Shown here: piece after piece, positions 16,577 through 26,490 of the stretch
Layout: each line of letters begins with the position of its first letter
How positions within the stretch are numbered: position 1 is the first letter of the stretch
Virus record (IMG/VR): IMGVR_UViG_3300046820_001050
Span: 34,650-98,649 of that record
DNA: 64,000 bases
Origin: a virus
Direction: 5' to 3' (one strand)
The notes under the pieces: model-generated
Told to the model about the DNA's origin: nothing
The model's database searches: none
Seen by the model: the letters and a program-made list of their open reading frames with translations, nothing else
Translations under genes and position numbers: made by a program

Positions 16577-16864
16577 TTATACACCATCCTCTGAAAGTTG
16601 TTCTAAAATGCTCATCTCAATTATAGCAAGTCTTACCTTTGCATTCCCCTCGCCTATTACTACAACAATGGCTGGATCTTTTCCGTTCTTCATAGCATCT
16701 GTTGTGGCCTTAGCCCAAACCTCTTTATTCAAAGTAAAAGATTTTCCAACCTCTTTAAAGTCTACAACAAAGTTTTTCCAGGATGCATCACCCTTTTGAG
16801 TATTACGACCAGAATTCTTATGCTGCTTAGCACCTATTCTCTTGGACTCACTCTTCTCTGTCAT
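16577..16864 (-). CDS. Small PD-(D/E)XK nuclease, Holliday-junction-resolvase-like
   Basis: SG....KGD...VVDFKE motif; start MTEKSE at 16864. Confidence 0.65.
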   Translation of the reverse strand: MTEKSESKRIGAKQHKNSGRNTQKGDASWKNFVVDFKEVGKSFTLNKEVWAKATTDAMKNGKDPAIVVVIGEGNAKVRLAIIEMSILEQLSEDGV

Positions 16865-17024
16865 TACCCTTCCATTTCTGCTTTCCAAACTTAACACTGC
16901 TTAGGTGTTTGCTGGGGCACATCCATGTTGCAGTCTTTGTGTCTGCATAAAGTCTTAAAGATCTTACCTCTGCCTTGCACTCGTGGCATGTAAACTTGCC
17001 AGTATATACTGTGTAACTAGCCAT
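16848..17024 (-). CDS. Small zinc-ribbon protein, 58 aa
   Basis: Manual translation MASYTVYTGKFTCHECKAEV...WMCPSKHLS; overlaps the recA stop. Confidence 0.65.
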   Translation of the reverse strand: MASYTVYTGKFTCHECKAEVRSLRLYADTKTATWMCPSKHLSSVKFGKQKWKGNDREE

Positions 17025-18033
17025 TTAGTTTTGCCTTGATTGATTCTTGCAAGTCAAGATCCTCTCTTACACGATTAACGAATGCTTCTTTACCCTGGAC
17101 CTTTGACCCATCAGGAAGTATGTACCAAGCACCTGTGCGCTCCACGATGCCGTTTAGTTCTGCTGTAGTAACCAGATCACCAATGGTATCAAGACCAATA
17201 TTGTCACCTCTAAAGTAAAAATCATACTCACCAGACTGGAACCCTGGAGAGGTTTTGGAGAACTGGAGTTCCCACTTAATAGTTCTACCAATTTTTTCTT
17301 CAATTAATTTATCTCCTACCTTGATCTTGCCCTTAATCGCTTGATTGTCTGACTCTGAAGAAAAGAGTTTAACAATACATGAGGAATAAAACTTAGTAGC
17401 CTGACCACCAGAAGGCTGCTGGCTAGTATACATAGCATTAATATTATTACGAGACTGAGAAATGAGAACAAGCAAAGTTGGCTTAACTTTATTGTTTGCA
17501 TAGTTAAGCATTTTCCATGCGTTACTAAAGTCACGGGATTCTGCTCCAATCTGTTTTGTATTTTCTAATGCTTTCATTTCATCTGTATCTTTTTCAAAAT
17601 AAATTGCTGGAAGCATTGATGTAATAGAGTCTACCACAATTAGGTCAACGCCAGCGTTCATTAATCCAACACCTACATCCACCATGTCGCTAATAGTTCT
17701 TGCTTGCGAATAGATTAGTTTTTCTGGATCTACCCCAAGAGTTCTGGCCCAGTCTTCTGAGTATGACATCTCTGAGTCAATCCACGCACACAGTTTGCCA
17801 TCTGCCTGTGCAAGAGCAATCATCTGAAGGCACATAGAAGACTTTGCAGAAGACTTAGAGCCCCAGATCAGTACCTGCCTTCCATAAGGAAGACCACCAC
17901 CAAGAGCACGGTTTAATCCAAAACTAGGAGTAGGTTGGTATTCATAGTTAACACCAACCCCACTACCCAATCTCTTTCTTAACTTAGGGTCTAACTGTGC
18001 TAATGCTTCTTCGATACTAACTGACATGTACAT
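17017..18033 (-). CDS. recA: RecA-like recombinase
   Basis: ALGGGLPYGR, variant P-loop GSKSSAKS, WIDSE, VVDS, GGQA.KFYSS and GAWY. Confidence 0.92.
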   Translation of the reverse strand: MYMSVSIEEALAQLDPKLRKRLGSGVGVNYEYQPTPSFGLNRALGGGLPYGRQVLIWGSKSSAKSSMCLQMIALAQADGKLCAWIDSEMSYSEDWARTLGVDPEKLIYSQARTISDMVDVGVGLMNAGVDLIVVDSITSMLPAIYFEKDTDEMKALENTKQIGAESRDFSNAWKMLNYANNKVKPTLLVLISQSRNNINAMYTSQQPSGGQATKFYSSCIVKLFSSESDNQAIKGKIKVGDKLIEEKIGRTIKWELQFSKTSPGFQSGEYDFYFRGDNIGLDTIGDLVTTAELNGIVERTGAWYILPDGSKVQGKEAFVNRVREDLDLQESIKAKLNG

Positions 18034-21000
18034 CCTCCAATGTTACTGTTCCGTCTTTAGTCTTGCCAAAATCAAACTTATAAGATTTGCCTTCTTCAAT
18101 ATGCATATACGCTTTTGCAAAAGATGTAGGAAATACTGTAATAGAATGTAGGTCTCTACTTGTATCTGCAAGTGTAAGTGATGCCATTTTCTTTCCAGTC
18201 TTTGTAATTCTTGGTTTAAAAGAAACTACAAACATTTCATCATCTTTATATGGAAGTTGCTTATAACTTAAGAACTTCACAAGAGCATGGGATGATTCTT
18301 TTATCTCATCTGAAGGTATGAAAGAAACAATCCTGTTATCATTACACAGAACCAGATAAGAGCGACCTGTCTCAATAGTTGTATTTTCATCATCAAATAT
18401 ACCGACACTGCCAGTTTTGTCCAAAATTTCAACTCGTGACCATCCTGTTCCTCGTTTAATAGATTTTACCATACCCATAAAAATGTATGATCCTTTTTCT
18501 TCAAAGTCTACAATATCTTGAATAAATGCATAGTAGTGAGAGGGAATAGTAATATTAAACTCTGGAAGGTTTAAGTATTCATACAGGTTCTCTTTAATCT
18601 CCTGGTCATTTCTAGGATTGTCATTAAATGTTGCTGCACCAATGACCCTTAGTGCTTGTAGTGCACGACTGTTTACTCCGTTTCCTTTTGTAAAGGTAAA
18701 CTCTTCAAGTTCTTTATATGAACTAAATGGTCGTGCTGATATATATCTTTCACCAATTTTGTCAGATATAAACTTGATAGCGCTGAGTCCAAACCGAATA
18801 CCTTTACCCTCAATCTTAAAATCAATATCCGAATCATTAATGTGAGGCAACTTAATGCTAATGCCCATTCTCTTTGCTTCAATAAGATATTCAGTTCTTG
18901 CATCTTTATCCTTTTCGTTCTTTAGCACTGAGTACATAAACTCAAGTGGGTAATAATACTTTAGCCATGCTGTCCAATAGGATAGCGTTGAGTATGCTAC
19001 TGCGTGAGATTTGTTAAATGAATACCCTGCGTGAGCCTCAAAGTCATGCCATAGATCACGAGCAGCATTAGGAGCAATAAACTTAGATGCTCCCTCTACG
19101 AACTTCTCTTTAAACTGATCAAATTCTTTAGCATCCTTTTTCTTTCCAATGATCTTTCTAACTTTATCTGCTTCCGACATGGACATACCGCCAAGGTGTA
19201 CGCATGCTTGCATAACCTGTTCCTGGTAAAGAATACAGCCATAAGTGTCCTCCGTAAATTGTTTTAGTACTTGGTGTGTATAAGATATGTTTTGACGACC
19301 ATGTTTACGATCAACATAGTCCTTTCCGATAGTGTTCATTGCACCTGGACGGACAAGAGCATTAGATGCTGCAAGTTCATTTAAATTCTTTACACCCATC
19401 TTAACAAGAAGGTTTGTATATGGTGCTGCTTCACACTGGAATACGCCCTTAGTGTATCCATCTGAAAGCATCTGATAAACATTTGCATCATCCATCTTGA
19501 TTTTAAGAAGGTCAATCTTCTTGCCGTCTCTTTCTTTAATAATATCAATTGTGTTCTTGAGAACAGACAATGTTTTCAGTCCCAAAGCATCAATCTTGAT
19601 TAGACCAATTCTTTCAGCCTCTTCCATGTCAACACCAACTACTGGAATTCTTTCGTCAGATCCAGTAGACGATCTTGTTTCAAGTGGTGCATATCTAAAG
19701 ATTGGTTCCTTTGCAGTCACAACACCTGCTGCGTGGATACCTGTACCACGGATACGACCACGAAGTTGTTCTCCGTAAATCTCTACCTCTGGATACTTCT
19801 CACGAAACTCTCTTGTTGATTTAGATGTGCAGAAATCATCCCATGTATCTACGGTTTTTAACACCTTATTTACATCTGATAGAGGAATATTTAATACTCG
19901 TGCAACATCTCTAACAATTCCCTTGCCTGTAAACTCAAGAAAGGTAGCGATAGATGCAACATGTCTATACTGTCTAACAAGATAGTCTTTTACTTCTTCA
20001 CGACGAGTATCCTGAATGTCTGTGTCAATATCTGGAAAGTCATTACGCTCTGGATTAATAAAGCGAAAGAACAAAAGGTTGTGCTCAATAGGATCAATGT
20101 CTGTAATCTTTAGTGCATAACAAACAAGAGAGCCAGCAGATGATCCACGACCAGGACCAACCATGATCTCTTCTTTCTTAGCCCAGTTGATCATGTTACT
20201 CACAACAAGGAAGTATGGAGCAAACTTCTTATCTTTAATGATCTTTAACTCTTCTTCAAGTCTATCAAGATACTCTTGATTTTCTGACAAACCTCGCTCT
20301 GCCAAACCTTCCAATGCAGCCTTTGCAAGTTCCTTGTCAGGACTCTTATACTGTACTGGTAAAAGGTTTAATCCTTCTTGAATGCCATAGTCTCCTACTG
20401 TCTCTGCTAATAGGAGTGTGTTTGAATATATGTCAGGTCGATCAATACCCTGCGCTTCCATGGCTGCTTTAATCTCTTCATATGAGAGCAGGTGTATGTC
20501 AAACTTGTTAAATGTAATCTGACGGTCTTCGCCATAAAGGTAGTCAAGGCGTTCCATCATGCTGCCCTTTTTCTTTGACTTTTCATATGTTGCATCTTTT
20601 ACGAACTTGCCGTGTGTGTTCATGAGCAACTTAAACTCTTGAACTTCTTTTTGTGATGGATCAACATGGTGGCAGTCTGGTGTAACAATAACTTTAATAC
20701 CAAACTCGTCTGCTAGTTCTATCAGATACTTATTAATGTGTGCTTCATTATGAGGCATAACTTCAACGTAGTAGTCATCTCCAAAGCGTTCCTTGAACCA
20801 AGTTAAATACTTCTTGGCAAGAGCAAACTCTTCTTCTTCTAATGCTTTTACAAGTACGCTACTTGGGCAAGCAGAGGATACGATAATCCCCTCTTTATAC
20901 TTTTCTAGTATAGTAAAATCAAATCGTGGCTTCTTAAAGAAACCATCTGTCCAGGATAGTTCACTAATCTTGTTAAGGTTTTCTAAACCAATTTGATTCT

Positions 21001-21292
21001 TGGCTAGAAGGATAATGTGATTATAGACAAGATCTTGCTGACCTTCTCTTTCAGACTTATCTCGTGTGTCAGATATGTCTGCACACATGTATCCTTCTAG
21101 ACCTAGAATTGGCTTAATGCCCTTTGCTTTTGCAATACGGTGCAGTTCCCTATGCCCAGATAAAGTACCGTGGTCAGTGATGGCAATTGCTGGCATCCCT
21201 AACTCAACTGCACGGTCAACGTATTCTTCTGGAGTAGCAATCCCATCAAATAAACTAAAATGGGTATGGACATGTAAGCCGACGTAGTTCAT
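18017..21292 (-). CDS. dnaE: DNA polymerase III alpha subunit
   Basis: PHP domain HVHTHFS/TDHG, GRGSSAGSLV, catalytic PDIDTD, YSFNKSHA; likely start MNYVG at 21292. Confidence 0.96.
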   Translation of the reverse strand: MNYVGLHVHTHFSLFDGIATPEEYVDRAVELGMPAIAITDHGTLSGHRELHRIAKAKGIKPILGLEGYMCADISDTRDKSEREGQQDLVYNHIILLAKNQIGLENLNKISELSWTDGFFKKPRFDFTILEKYKEGIIVSSACPSSVLVKALEEEEFALAKKYLTWFKERFGDDYYVEVMPHNEAHINKYLIELADEFGIKVIVTPDCHHVDPSQKEVQEFKLLMNTHGKFVKDATYEKSKKKGSMMERLDYLYGEDRQITFNKFDIHLLSYEEIKAAMEAQGIDRPDIYSNTLLLAETVGDYGIQEGLNLLPVQYKSPDKELAKAALEGLAERGLSENQEYLDRLEEELKIIKDKKFAPYFLVVSNMINWAKKEEIMVGPGRGSSAGSLVCYALKITDIDPIEHNLLFFRFINPERNDFPDIDTDIQDTRREEVKDYLVRQYRHVASIATFLEFTGKGIVRDVARVLNIPLSDVNKVLKTVDTWDDFCTSKSTREFREKYPEVEIYGEQLRGRIRGTGIHAAGVVTAKEPIFRYAPLETRSSTGSDERIPVVGVDMEEAERIGLIKIDALGLKTLSVLKNTIDIIKERDGKKIDLLKIKMDDANVYQMLSDGYTKGVFQCEAAPYTNLLVKMGVKNLNELAASNALVRPGAMNTIGKDYVDRKHGRQNISYTHQVLKQFTEDTYGCILYQEQVMQACVHLGGMSMSEADKVRKIIGKKKDAKEFDQFKEKFVEGASKFIAPNAARDLWHDFEAHAGYSFNKSHAVAYSTLSYWTAWLKYYYPLEFMYSVLKNEKDKDARTEYLIEAKRMGISIKLPHINDSDIDFKIEGKGIRFGLSAIKFISDKIGERYISARPFSSYKELEEFTFTKGNGVNSRALQALRVIGAATFNDNPRNDQEIKENLYEYLNLPEFNITIPSHYYAFIQDIVDFEEKGSYIFMGMVKSIKRGTGWSRVEILDKTGSVGIFDDENTTIETGRSYLVLCNDNRIVSFIPSDEIKESSHALVKFLSYKQLPYKDDEMFVVSFKPRITKTGKKMASLTLADTSRDLHSITVFPTSFAKAYMHIEEGKSYKFDFGKTKDGTVTLEDVHVS

Positions 21293-21293
21293 A

Positions 21294-21947
21294 TTACCAA
21301 TCAGCGTTAGTTGCTGAAGTGGCAGATGGGCCATCAAAGCCCAAGTAGAACGCTTCTTGTTCTGCGTAAGGAACCTTGCGTAGTGCAGACTCTAGTGGGT
21401 AAGGCTTAATCTCTCCCCAGTTGAATGGCTCCTTGTCTGGTGCAGATGGAATCAATGTGTAATTGGTTTCAGTTCCCTGTCCGTTACGCTTTAACTTCCA
21501 CTGTACATTTGAGATGCTTCCTGTTTCAAGAGCATACTCACGAATTGTGTTGAATGATGATTGCTTACTGATACCCATTGACCAGATTGCAACATATGGT
21601 GCTTCGATGCCGTCGTCTACAAGAACGTTGCAGTAGAAACGAAGACGTGCTCTCCAGCCAGCCTTTGGATCCTTGCGGTGCATCTCTTCAGCCCAGTCAC
21701 GACCTTCTGTATCCATTGTATCTACAGCCTTACGCTTGTAGTCCTTTGGGTTTGTATGTTCTGATACAACAATTGCTAGTCCACGCTCTGCGTTATAGTT
21801 TGCTGAATCTTCATCGAGTTCTTCTAAGAACCTAATCTTTACTGATTGTCCATCGGCAAGTTTTAACCACTTAACCTTTGGGCCATCTCCACCCTTTGGG
21901 CCATCTAGTACTGGACCCATTTCCTTTATTCCTCTTAGTATTGCCAT
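21294..21947 (-). CDS. Single-stranded DNA-binding protein (gp32-like)
   Basis: KLADGQSVKIRF, KRNGQGTETNY and an acidic/aromatic tail; lies between primase and polymerase. Confidence 0.7.
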   Translation of the reverse strand: MAILRGIKEMGPVLDGPKGGDGPKVKWLKLADGQSVKIRFLEELDEDSANYNAERGLAIVVSEHTNPKDYKRKAVDTMDTEGRDWAEEMHRKDPKAGWRARLRFYCNVLVDDGIEAPYVAIWSMGISKQSSFNTIREYALETGSISNVQWKLKRNGQGTETNYTLIPSAPDKEPFNWGEIKPYPLESALRKVPYAEQEAFYLGFDGPSATSATNADW

Positions 21948-21972
21948 GTGTTTTCTCCTTTGTGTTGTTATG

Positions 21973-22917
21973 TTAGTTTAGCATAGACTGTATTGATTTG
22001 TCAAACTGGAAGTCCAGTTCTTGAATTGACTTATCGTCCATGTCGCCTATATCTTTGTATTGTTTATTTAGTTGTATTACAGATACACGAGAACCAAGTT
22101 TTTCAACTATCTTAGTTTTCATATTTCCACCTGCTTCATCGTTGTCTGCAATAACAATTATATCATTAAAGTACTTCTGAAGCAATTCTATTTGTATATT
22201 TGATACATTGGACCCAAGTGTTGCTACTGCAGCGAAACCACACTGGTCAAGCCTGATAGCATCAAATGATGACTCTACAACGTATACCTTGCCATAACTT
22301 TTTACTCTATGCAAATTAAACAGTGTTTTTGATTTTGGTAAGCCTGGAGTATTCTTAAATTCTTTTCCTTCAATTGATCTTCCAACAAATCCAATTGGCA
22401 AACCTTCTGGGCTATGAACTGGAACTGTAACCATGTCTTGCTTGTCTGAGTATCCCAAAGAAAACTTTGATGCAGAAGTCTTTGTTATTTTTCTATAATT
22501 AAAATAATCTTTTGCTCTATCAGATGAAAGAAGATTATTGTGCAAGCGCTTAAGAACTAATTCATCAAACATTGCAAACTCAGGCTTCTGATAAAGAGCC
22601 TTATCGATATCTGTTTCAATGCTTGTTTCTGTTTCTTTACTTTTGATAAATCTTGCAGCCTCAAAGTAGGTCCTGTTAGACATATGCATAACAAATTCAA
22701 TAAATCCAGTTACGTGATGACATGCAAAACAAAAAAATGTTCCGTTATTCTTATCTATTTCTCCTGCTGGGGTTCTGTTGTTATTGTGATATGGACAAAA
22801 AATAATATAGTCTGAGTCGACCTCAGACTCAATAGTTACACCTGTTCCTGTGAGAACTCTTTTGATTTGCTCTTTTGTGTATACACTACTTTGCTTCCGT
22901 CTATTCCTGCTATCCAT
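21973..22917 (-). CDS. dnaG: DNA primase
   Basis: CHC2 zinc finger (CPYH...CFAC) and TOPRIM (VVES.FD, DNDEAG). Confidence 0.9.
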   Translation of the reverse strand: MDSRNRRKQSSVYTKEQIKRVLTGTGVTIESEVDSDYIIFCPYHNNNRTPAGEIDKNNGTFFCFACHHVTGFIEFVMHMSNRTYFEAARFIKSKETETSIETDIDKALYQKPEFAMFDELVLKRLHNNLLSSDRAKDYFNYRKITKTSASKFSLGYSDKQDMVTVPVHSPEGLPIGFVGRSIEGKEFKNTPGLPKSKTLFNLHRVKSYGKVYVVESSFDAIRLDQCGFAAVATLGSNVSNIQIELLQKYFNDIIVIADNDEAGGNMKTKIVEKLGSRVSVIQLNKQYKDIGDMDDKSIQELDFQFDKSIQSMLN

Positions 22918-23162
22918 TCGCTTTGTTTTCTCCCCGTATATGTTCCGTGTACTGTTAATTCAAATTCAAAATATTTTTTCTTATGGTTATAGTCTAATGT
23001 AAAATCTGGGTCTATATCAAGTCTTGGCACATATCCAGACAGGCGCATCTCAGACTCAAGTAGTCTGATATATTCCTGCTTAAGCCTGCCAAGTGCTGAT
23101 TCATCATGAATGACTCCACTCAAGTTGAACTTCTTGATAGGCTTGTGGTGATAGTTTGCCAT
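22836..23162 (-). CDS. Hypothetical protein
   Basis: 108-aa ORF; TATAAT 7 nt before the ATG. Confidence 0.7.
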   Translation of the reverse strand: MANYHHKPIKKFNLSGVIHDESALGRLKQEYIRLLESEMRLSGYVPRLDIDPDFTLDYNHKKKYFEFELTVHGTYTGRKQSEWIAGIDGSKVVYTQKSKSKEFSQEQV

Positions 23163-23176
23163 GTAACATATTATAC

Positions 23177-24397
23177 CTACTTATCTTCATAGTCTTTATA
23201 TCTGTAGTATCCCTTGTCAAAATCGACCTGCACAAGGAAATCTCCCATAAATCCATTACGGTTCTTTCTAAATGCACACTCAATGATGTCGCTATTAGAG
23301 GCTCTTCCCAAAGCAATAACCCAGTCAGCATCATAGGCAATTTGTCTTGACCAAGCAGTCTGTCCAAGTGTTGGTACTCCGCTTAGGTCATTAACATCAT
23401 CTGGTGTAGCAGATGAGATAGCAATAATAGGAACTTCTTCACCAATAGCCATAAGTTTAAGTTCTCGTGAAAGGTTCTTCATTCTTACCGTTTCATTATC
23501 TGACTTCTGATTAGGAGCCATCAACTGTAGGTAGTCTACAATTACAAAGTCTGGCTTATACTGATCAATCTTTCCACGAAGGACAGATGGGTTGATTTCT
23601 CCACCTTGATCATTTGAGATGATGTGAAACTCTGGCTTGCCCTTTAGATGTCTTTCATGCCATGCCTTAAGTGTGTCTAACTCAACATCTCCGTTAGATA
23701 GTTTTCTATGTGACCAAAGACCTTCTCCCATAATTGTGAATACACGATTACGAACTTCTGTTTCAGACATCTCAAGCGAGATTACGAGTGGTGTCTTTCC
23801 CTGCTTCCAAGCCTGTACAGCGAAGTATAGAGCCATCCATGACTTTCCTATACCTGGATATGCTAAGAAAACTCCTAACTGCCCTGGCATAATTCCAGAT
23901 GGAAGATAGTTATCAAACCCTGGAAGATTAGTTTTAATGCCAACATGTCCTGCTGCTTGCTGAATCTTTAAGTTTTCAAAGTATGCAATTGCAGATTCAA
24001 GGTCTGTAACATCGATGTCTCGGATTGCAGAAGTGTTTTTCTTTAACTCTGATGTTTGTGTAATTAAATCATTTAATGCAACATTGCCCTGATTATTCTG
24101 AACATTGGTTGCTGCTGATCTTAGAATATCTTTAAGGCTATCATTTAGATATTCTCCCTGTAACTCTTCAAGGTGATGCTTTGTTGCACCGACATTATCT
24201 ATTGGAGAAAAATCTCTAAACTTTTCTGTTACAAGTTCTGCAGGAGGAAGAGACTTATTATTTTCAAAGTAAAGCCTAATGAAGTTCCAGATATCTCCGT
24301 GTGTTCTAAGAAGGTTATCTACATTTGCCTGTAAAAGAACATGGATCTGCTTATCCTGAAGAACTGCAGTAATTAGTTTGGACTCTGTATTATTCAC
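23177..24397 (-). CDS. dnaB: Replicative DnaB-like helicase
   Basis: AYPGIGKS Walker A, SLEMS, VDYLQLM, IAYDAD and KNRNG. Confidence 0.93.
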   Translation of the reverse strand: MNNTESKLITAVLQDKQIHVLLQANVDNLLRTHGDIWNFIRLYFENNKSLPPAELVTEKFRDFSPIDNVGATKHHLEELQGEYLNDSLKDILRSAATNVQNNQGNVALNDLITQTSELKKNTSAIRDIDVTDLESAIAYFENLKIQQAAGHVGIKTNLPGFDNYLPSGIMPGQLGVFLAYPGIGKSWMALYFAVQAWKQGKTPLVISLEMSETEVRNRVFTIMGEGLWSHRKLSNGDVELDTLKAWHERHLKGKPEFHIISNDQGGEINPSVLRGKIDQYKPDFVIVDYLQLMAPNQKSDNETVRMKNLSRELKLMAIGEEVPIIAISSATPDDVNDLSGVPTLGQTAWSRQIAYDADWVIALGRASNSDIIECAFRKNRNGFMGDFLVQVDFDKGYYRYKDYEDK

Positions 24398-24698
24398 TTA
24401 GCCACTCCTTAGCCATTCTTCTACGCTCTGCTCTCTCTTCGTCGTCTCTTTTTTTATCTTTTTGTGCCTGCAATATTTTTTCTGCGTTGTATGCAAAGTA
24501 GTTCCATGATGGATTCTCTGAAACCTTAAAGTAATACTCAAGTATATCGTAACAGCCAGATAGTCCGTATGACTCTACAAGGCCATCAGAGGCCCACTGC
24601 TCTACGTTTAGATTCAGAGATGGCTTTGATTCGTACCTTGCGGTATGATACTTACTGTATCTTGAAAGCAAAGCCATACGGTCTTTGCGTTCAGCCAT
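24390..24698 (-). CDS. Hypothetical protein, possibly helicase-associated
   Basis: 102-aa ORF overlapping the dnaB start. Confidence 0.7.
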   Translation of the reverse strand: MAERKDRMALLSRYSKYHTARYESKPSLNLNVEQWASDGLVESYGLSGCYDILEYYFKVSENPSWNYFAYNAEKILQAQKDKKRDDEERAERRRMAKEWLSE

Positions 24699-24904
24699 TA
24701 CTCGTTGATTTCAGACTTTGCTTCGTTAATCTTTTCAGTTAACTTGTCTTCAACAAACTTATAGACTCGCTCAAATGCTTGGTCTGGGCTTTCACCATTC
24801 CGTCTTGAGTCAACAACTCCAAGGTCAAGTCTTAGTGATTGAAAATTGCCAAGGTTAAGTGTATATCCTAATGTAACAGATATCTTTGTGTCTTCGTTTT
24901 CCAT
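24698..24904 (-). CDS. Conserved small phage protein
   Basis: Start MENEDT at 24904 after an AAGG SD; TLNLGNFQSLRLD motif. Confidence 0.7.
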   Translation of the reverse strand: MENEDTKISVTLGYTLNLGNFQSLRLDLGVVDSRRNGESPDQAFERVYKFVEDKLTEKINEAKSEINE

Positions 24905-24917
24905 TTCATACCTTTCG

Positions 24918-25460
24918 TTAAATAGATTCAGACCAGATTGGAATGAATCGACCATCTTCAGTTCTCGTATATGTAAGTATACCATCGCCCATTCTTCGTG
25001 TCAACTCTTGTTTGCTGGGCGTAATATCATTTGTAATTAAATTATCTTTTCTTGGTCTACCAATATGGTACGTAGCAAGTATATCACGAATCTCTCTTAC
25101 TTGCGATTCTGAGTAATATGATCTTACTTGGAAGCCTCTTGCTCCACCTTTTTGAGATCCCATTGGGAAAGGAATAACTCCTCGTCTCATTAGTGATGGC
25201 ATATATTTTTTATGACGATTAACTAAATCAGCAGTCTCTCTAACCGTGTATGCTCTTTCACGTTTCTTTTTAAAATCAGAAATTAAACAACTTTCAATTT
25301 GATCTTTAGTGATATTATAAACAGACATAATTCCATTAGACTTATTGAGATGATGTATTCTTACTAAGTCTCCATTTAAGAACCAAACCTTTTTATTCCC
25401 TGGAATTACAGGGAGGACATTGTAGCCTTCGCTCTCAATACTTCCCTTTTTAACAGCCAT
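24918..25460 (-). CDS. DNA-binding protein with MerR-like HTH
   Basis: YTVRETADLVNRH...RSYYSESQV pattern; GGAGG SD. Confidence 0.6.
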   Translation of the reverse strand: MAVKKGSIESEGYNVLPVIPGNKKVWFLNGDLVRIHHLNKSNGIMSVYNITKDQIESCLISDFKKKRERAYTVRETADLVNRHKKYMPSLMRRGVIPFPMGSQKGGARGFQVRSYYSESQVREIRDILATYHIGRPRKDNLITNDITPSKQELTRRMGDGILTYTRTEDGRFIPIWSESI

Positions 25461-25597
25461 GACCCCTCCGTAGAACTTTCTGGTGGGTTATAAAAGTTTC
25501 GTGATCCACAAGACATGCAGTATGTTTCAAGGTGGCCGACTGTGCTGTATTGTCTATCAAGAAACATTCTCCCTTTGCATTTTATACACGTTAGCAT
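25406..25597 (-). CDS. Small zinc-ribbon protein
   Basis: CIKC...CMSCG. Confidence 0.65.
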   Translation of the reverse strand: MLTCIKCKGRMFLDRQYSTVGHLETYCMSCGSRNFYNPPESSTEGSWLLKREVLRAKATMSSL

Positions 25598-26040
25598 TAG
25601 TTTGGTACGCCAATGATAATAAGATTAACATCAACAGACACATCTCCAGAGGTGTTAAATCTAACGACCCCTTCAAGACCTGAAGTTGTTACGCTCTTAA
25701 GAACAACCGTTACATTTTTACCAGCAACTGTGTTTCCAGTATTAATTGGTGTGGCTGTTGCAATTGGGGAGTACTTAAACTCTCCTGGGAAAGAATATGT
25801 AAAGGATTTTTCCTCACCTGCTGTTATAGTCCCGCTATTAACAACACGAACATATCCACCAATTACTCTTGCCTCTGTTGCTTTAATGTTTTGCTTACCA
25901 GCGTTAGGAGTGTCTATAGAAGTATACTTATAGGTTGATGGAGATATTGCTGTTGACAATTCATTGACTGCCTGGGCCAACTGAGAAATATAAGTAACAT
26001 CTAAAGGTTGTCCTCTTTCGGGTAAAGGTATTTTTGCCAT
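25597..26040 (-). CDS. Putative tail-tip/structural protein
   Basis: Beta-rich C-terminal domain; end of the tail module. Confidence 0.55.
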   Translation of the reverse strand: MAKIPLPERGQPLDVTYISQLAQAVNELSTAISPSTYKYTSIDTPNAGKQNIKATEARVIGGYVRVVNSGTITAGEEKSFTYSFPGEFKYSPIATATPINTGNTVAGKNVTVVLKSVTTSGLEGVVRFNTSGDVSVDVNLIIIGVPN

Positions 26041-26058
26041 GGTTATATAATTATACCA

Positions 26059-26490
26059 CTAAACCGCTATTGGCGATGAGGTAAATAATGCAGCCCCAGA
26101 GAAATATTGCTTAGGATATGTTGGAAGTTGCACAGCAACACGCAGAGTTGAGACTGAATCTGCAATCAAGGTTGAAAACTGGGTTGATGATGAACTTGAT
26201 ATGTATGCCCAATCAGCACTATCTAATTTAAAATAAATATCATATTGCTTAATTGCTGAGCCTGTAGGCTGCTTCCAAACCATATTTACTACATTTGCAG
26301 TTACCGTTACAGAACATTCTAATTGCTCTGGAGATGGATTTGATACATAATAATATGGCGACCAATGAGAGGATCTGTTCTTGTCTTCTGAGATTATTCT
26401 ATATCTTACAGAGTGCTTCTGTGTGGTTCCATTAAATGCTGGAAGATCTTCCTTTTTGATAACTACCTTTTTTATTTGTGAGTCTGCCAC
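26059..26490 (-). CDS. Putative tail protein with FN3-like C-terminal half
   Basis: VRYRIISEDKNR.S.WSP and W...YDIY pattern; position in the tail module. Confidence 0.55.
   Translation of the reverse strand: MADSQIKKVVIKKEDLPAFNGTTQKHSVRYRIISEDKNRSSHWSPYYYVSNPSPEQLECSVTVTANVVNMVWKQPTGSAIKQYDIYFKLDSADWAYISSSSSTQFSTLIADSVSTLRVAVQLPTYPKQYFSGAALFTSSPIAV

Noticed and set aside
10411-24397. Inteins or introns in terL, recA, dnaE and dnaB (also nrdJ)
   Set aside because: Lengths are normal, frames are continuous, and there are no C/S...HN intein signatures.
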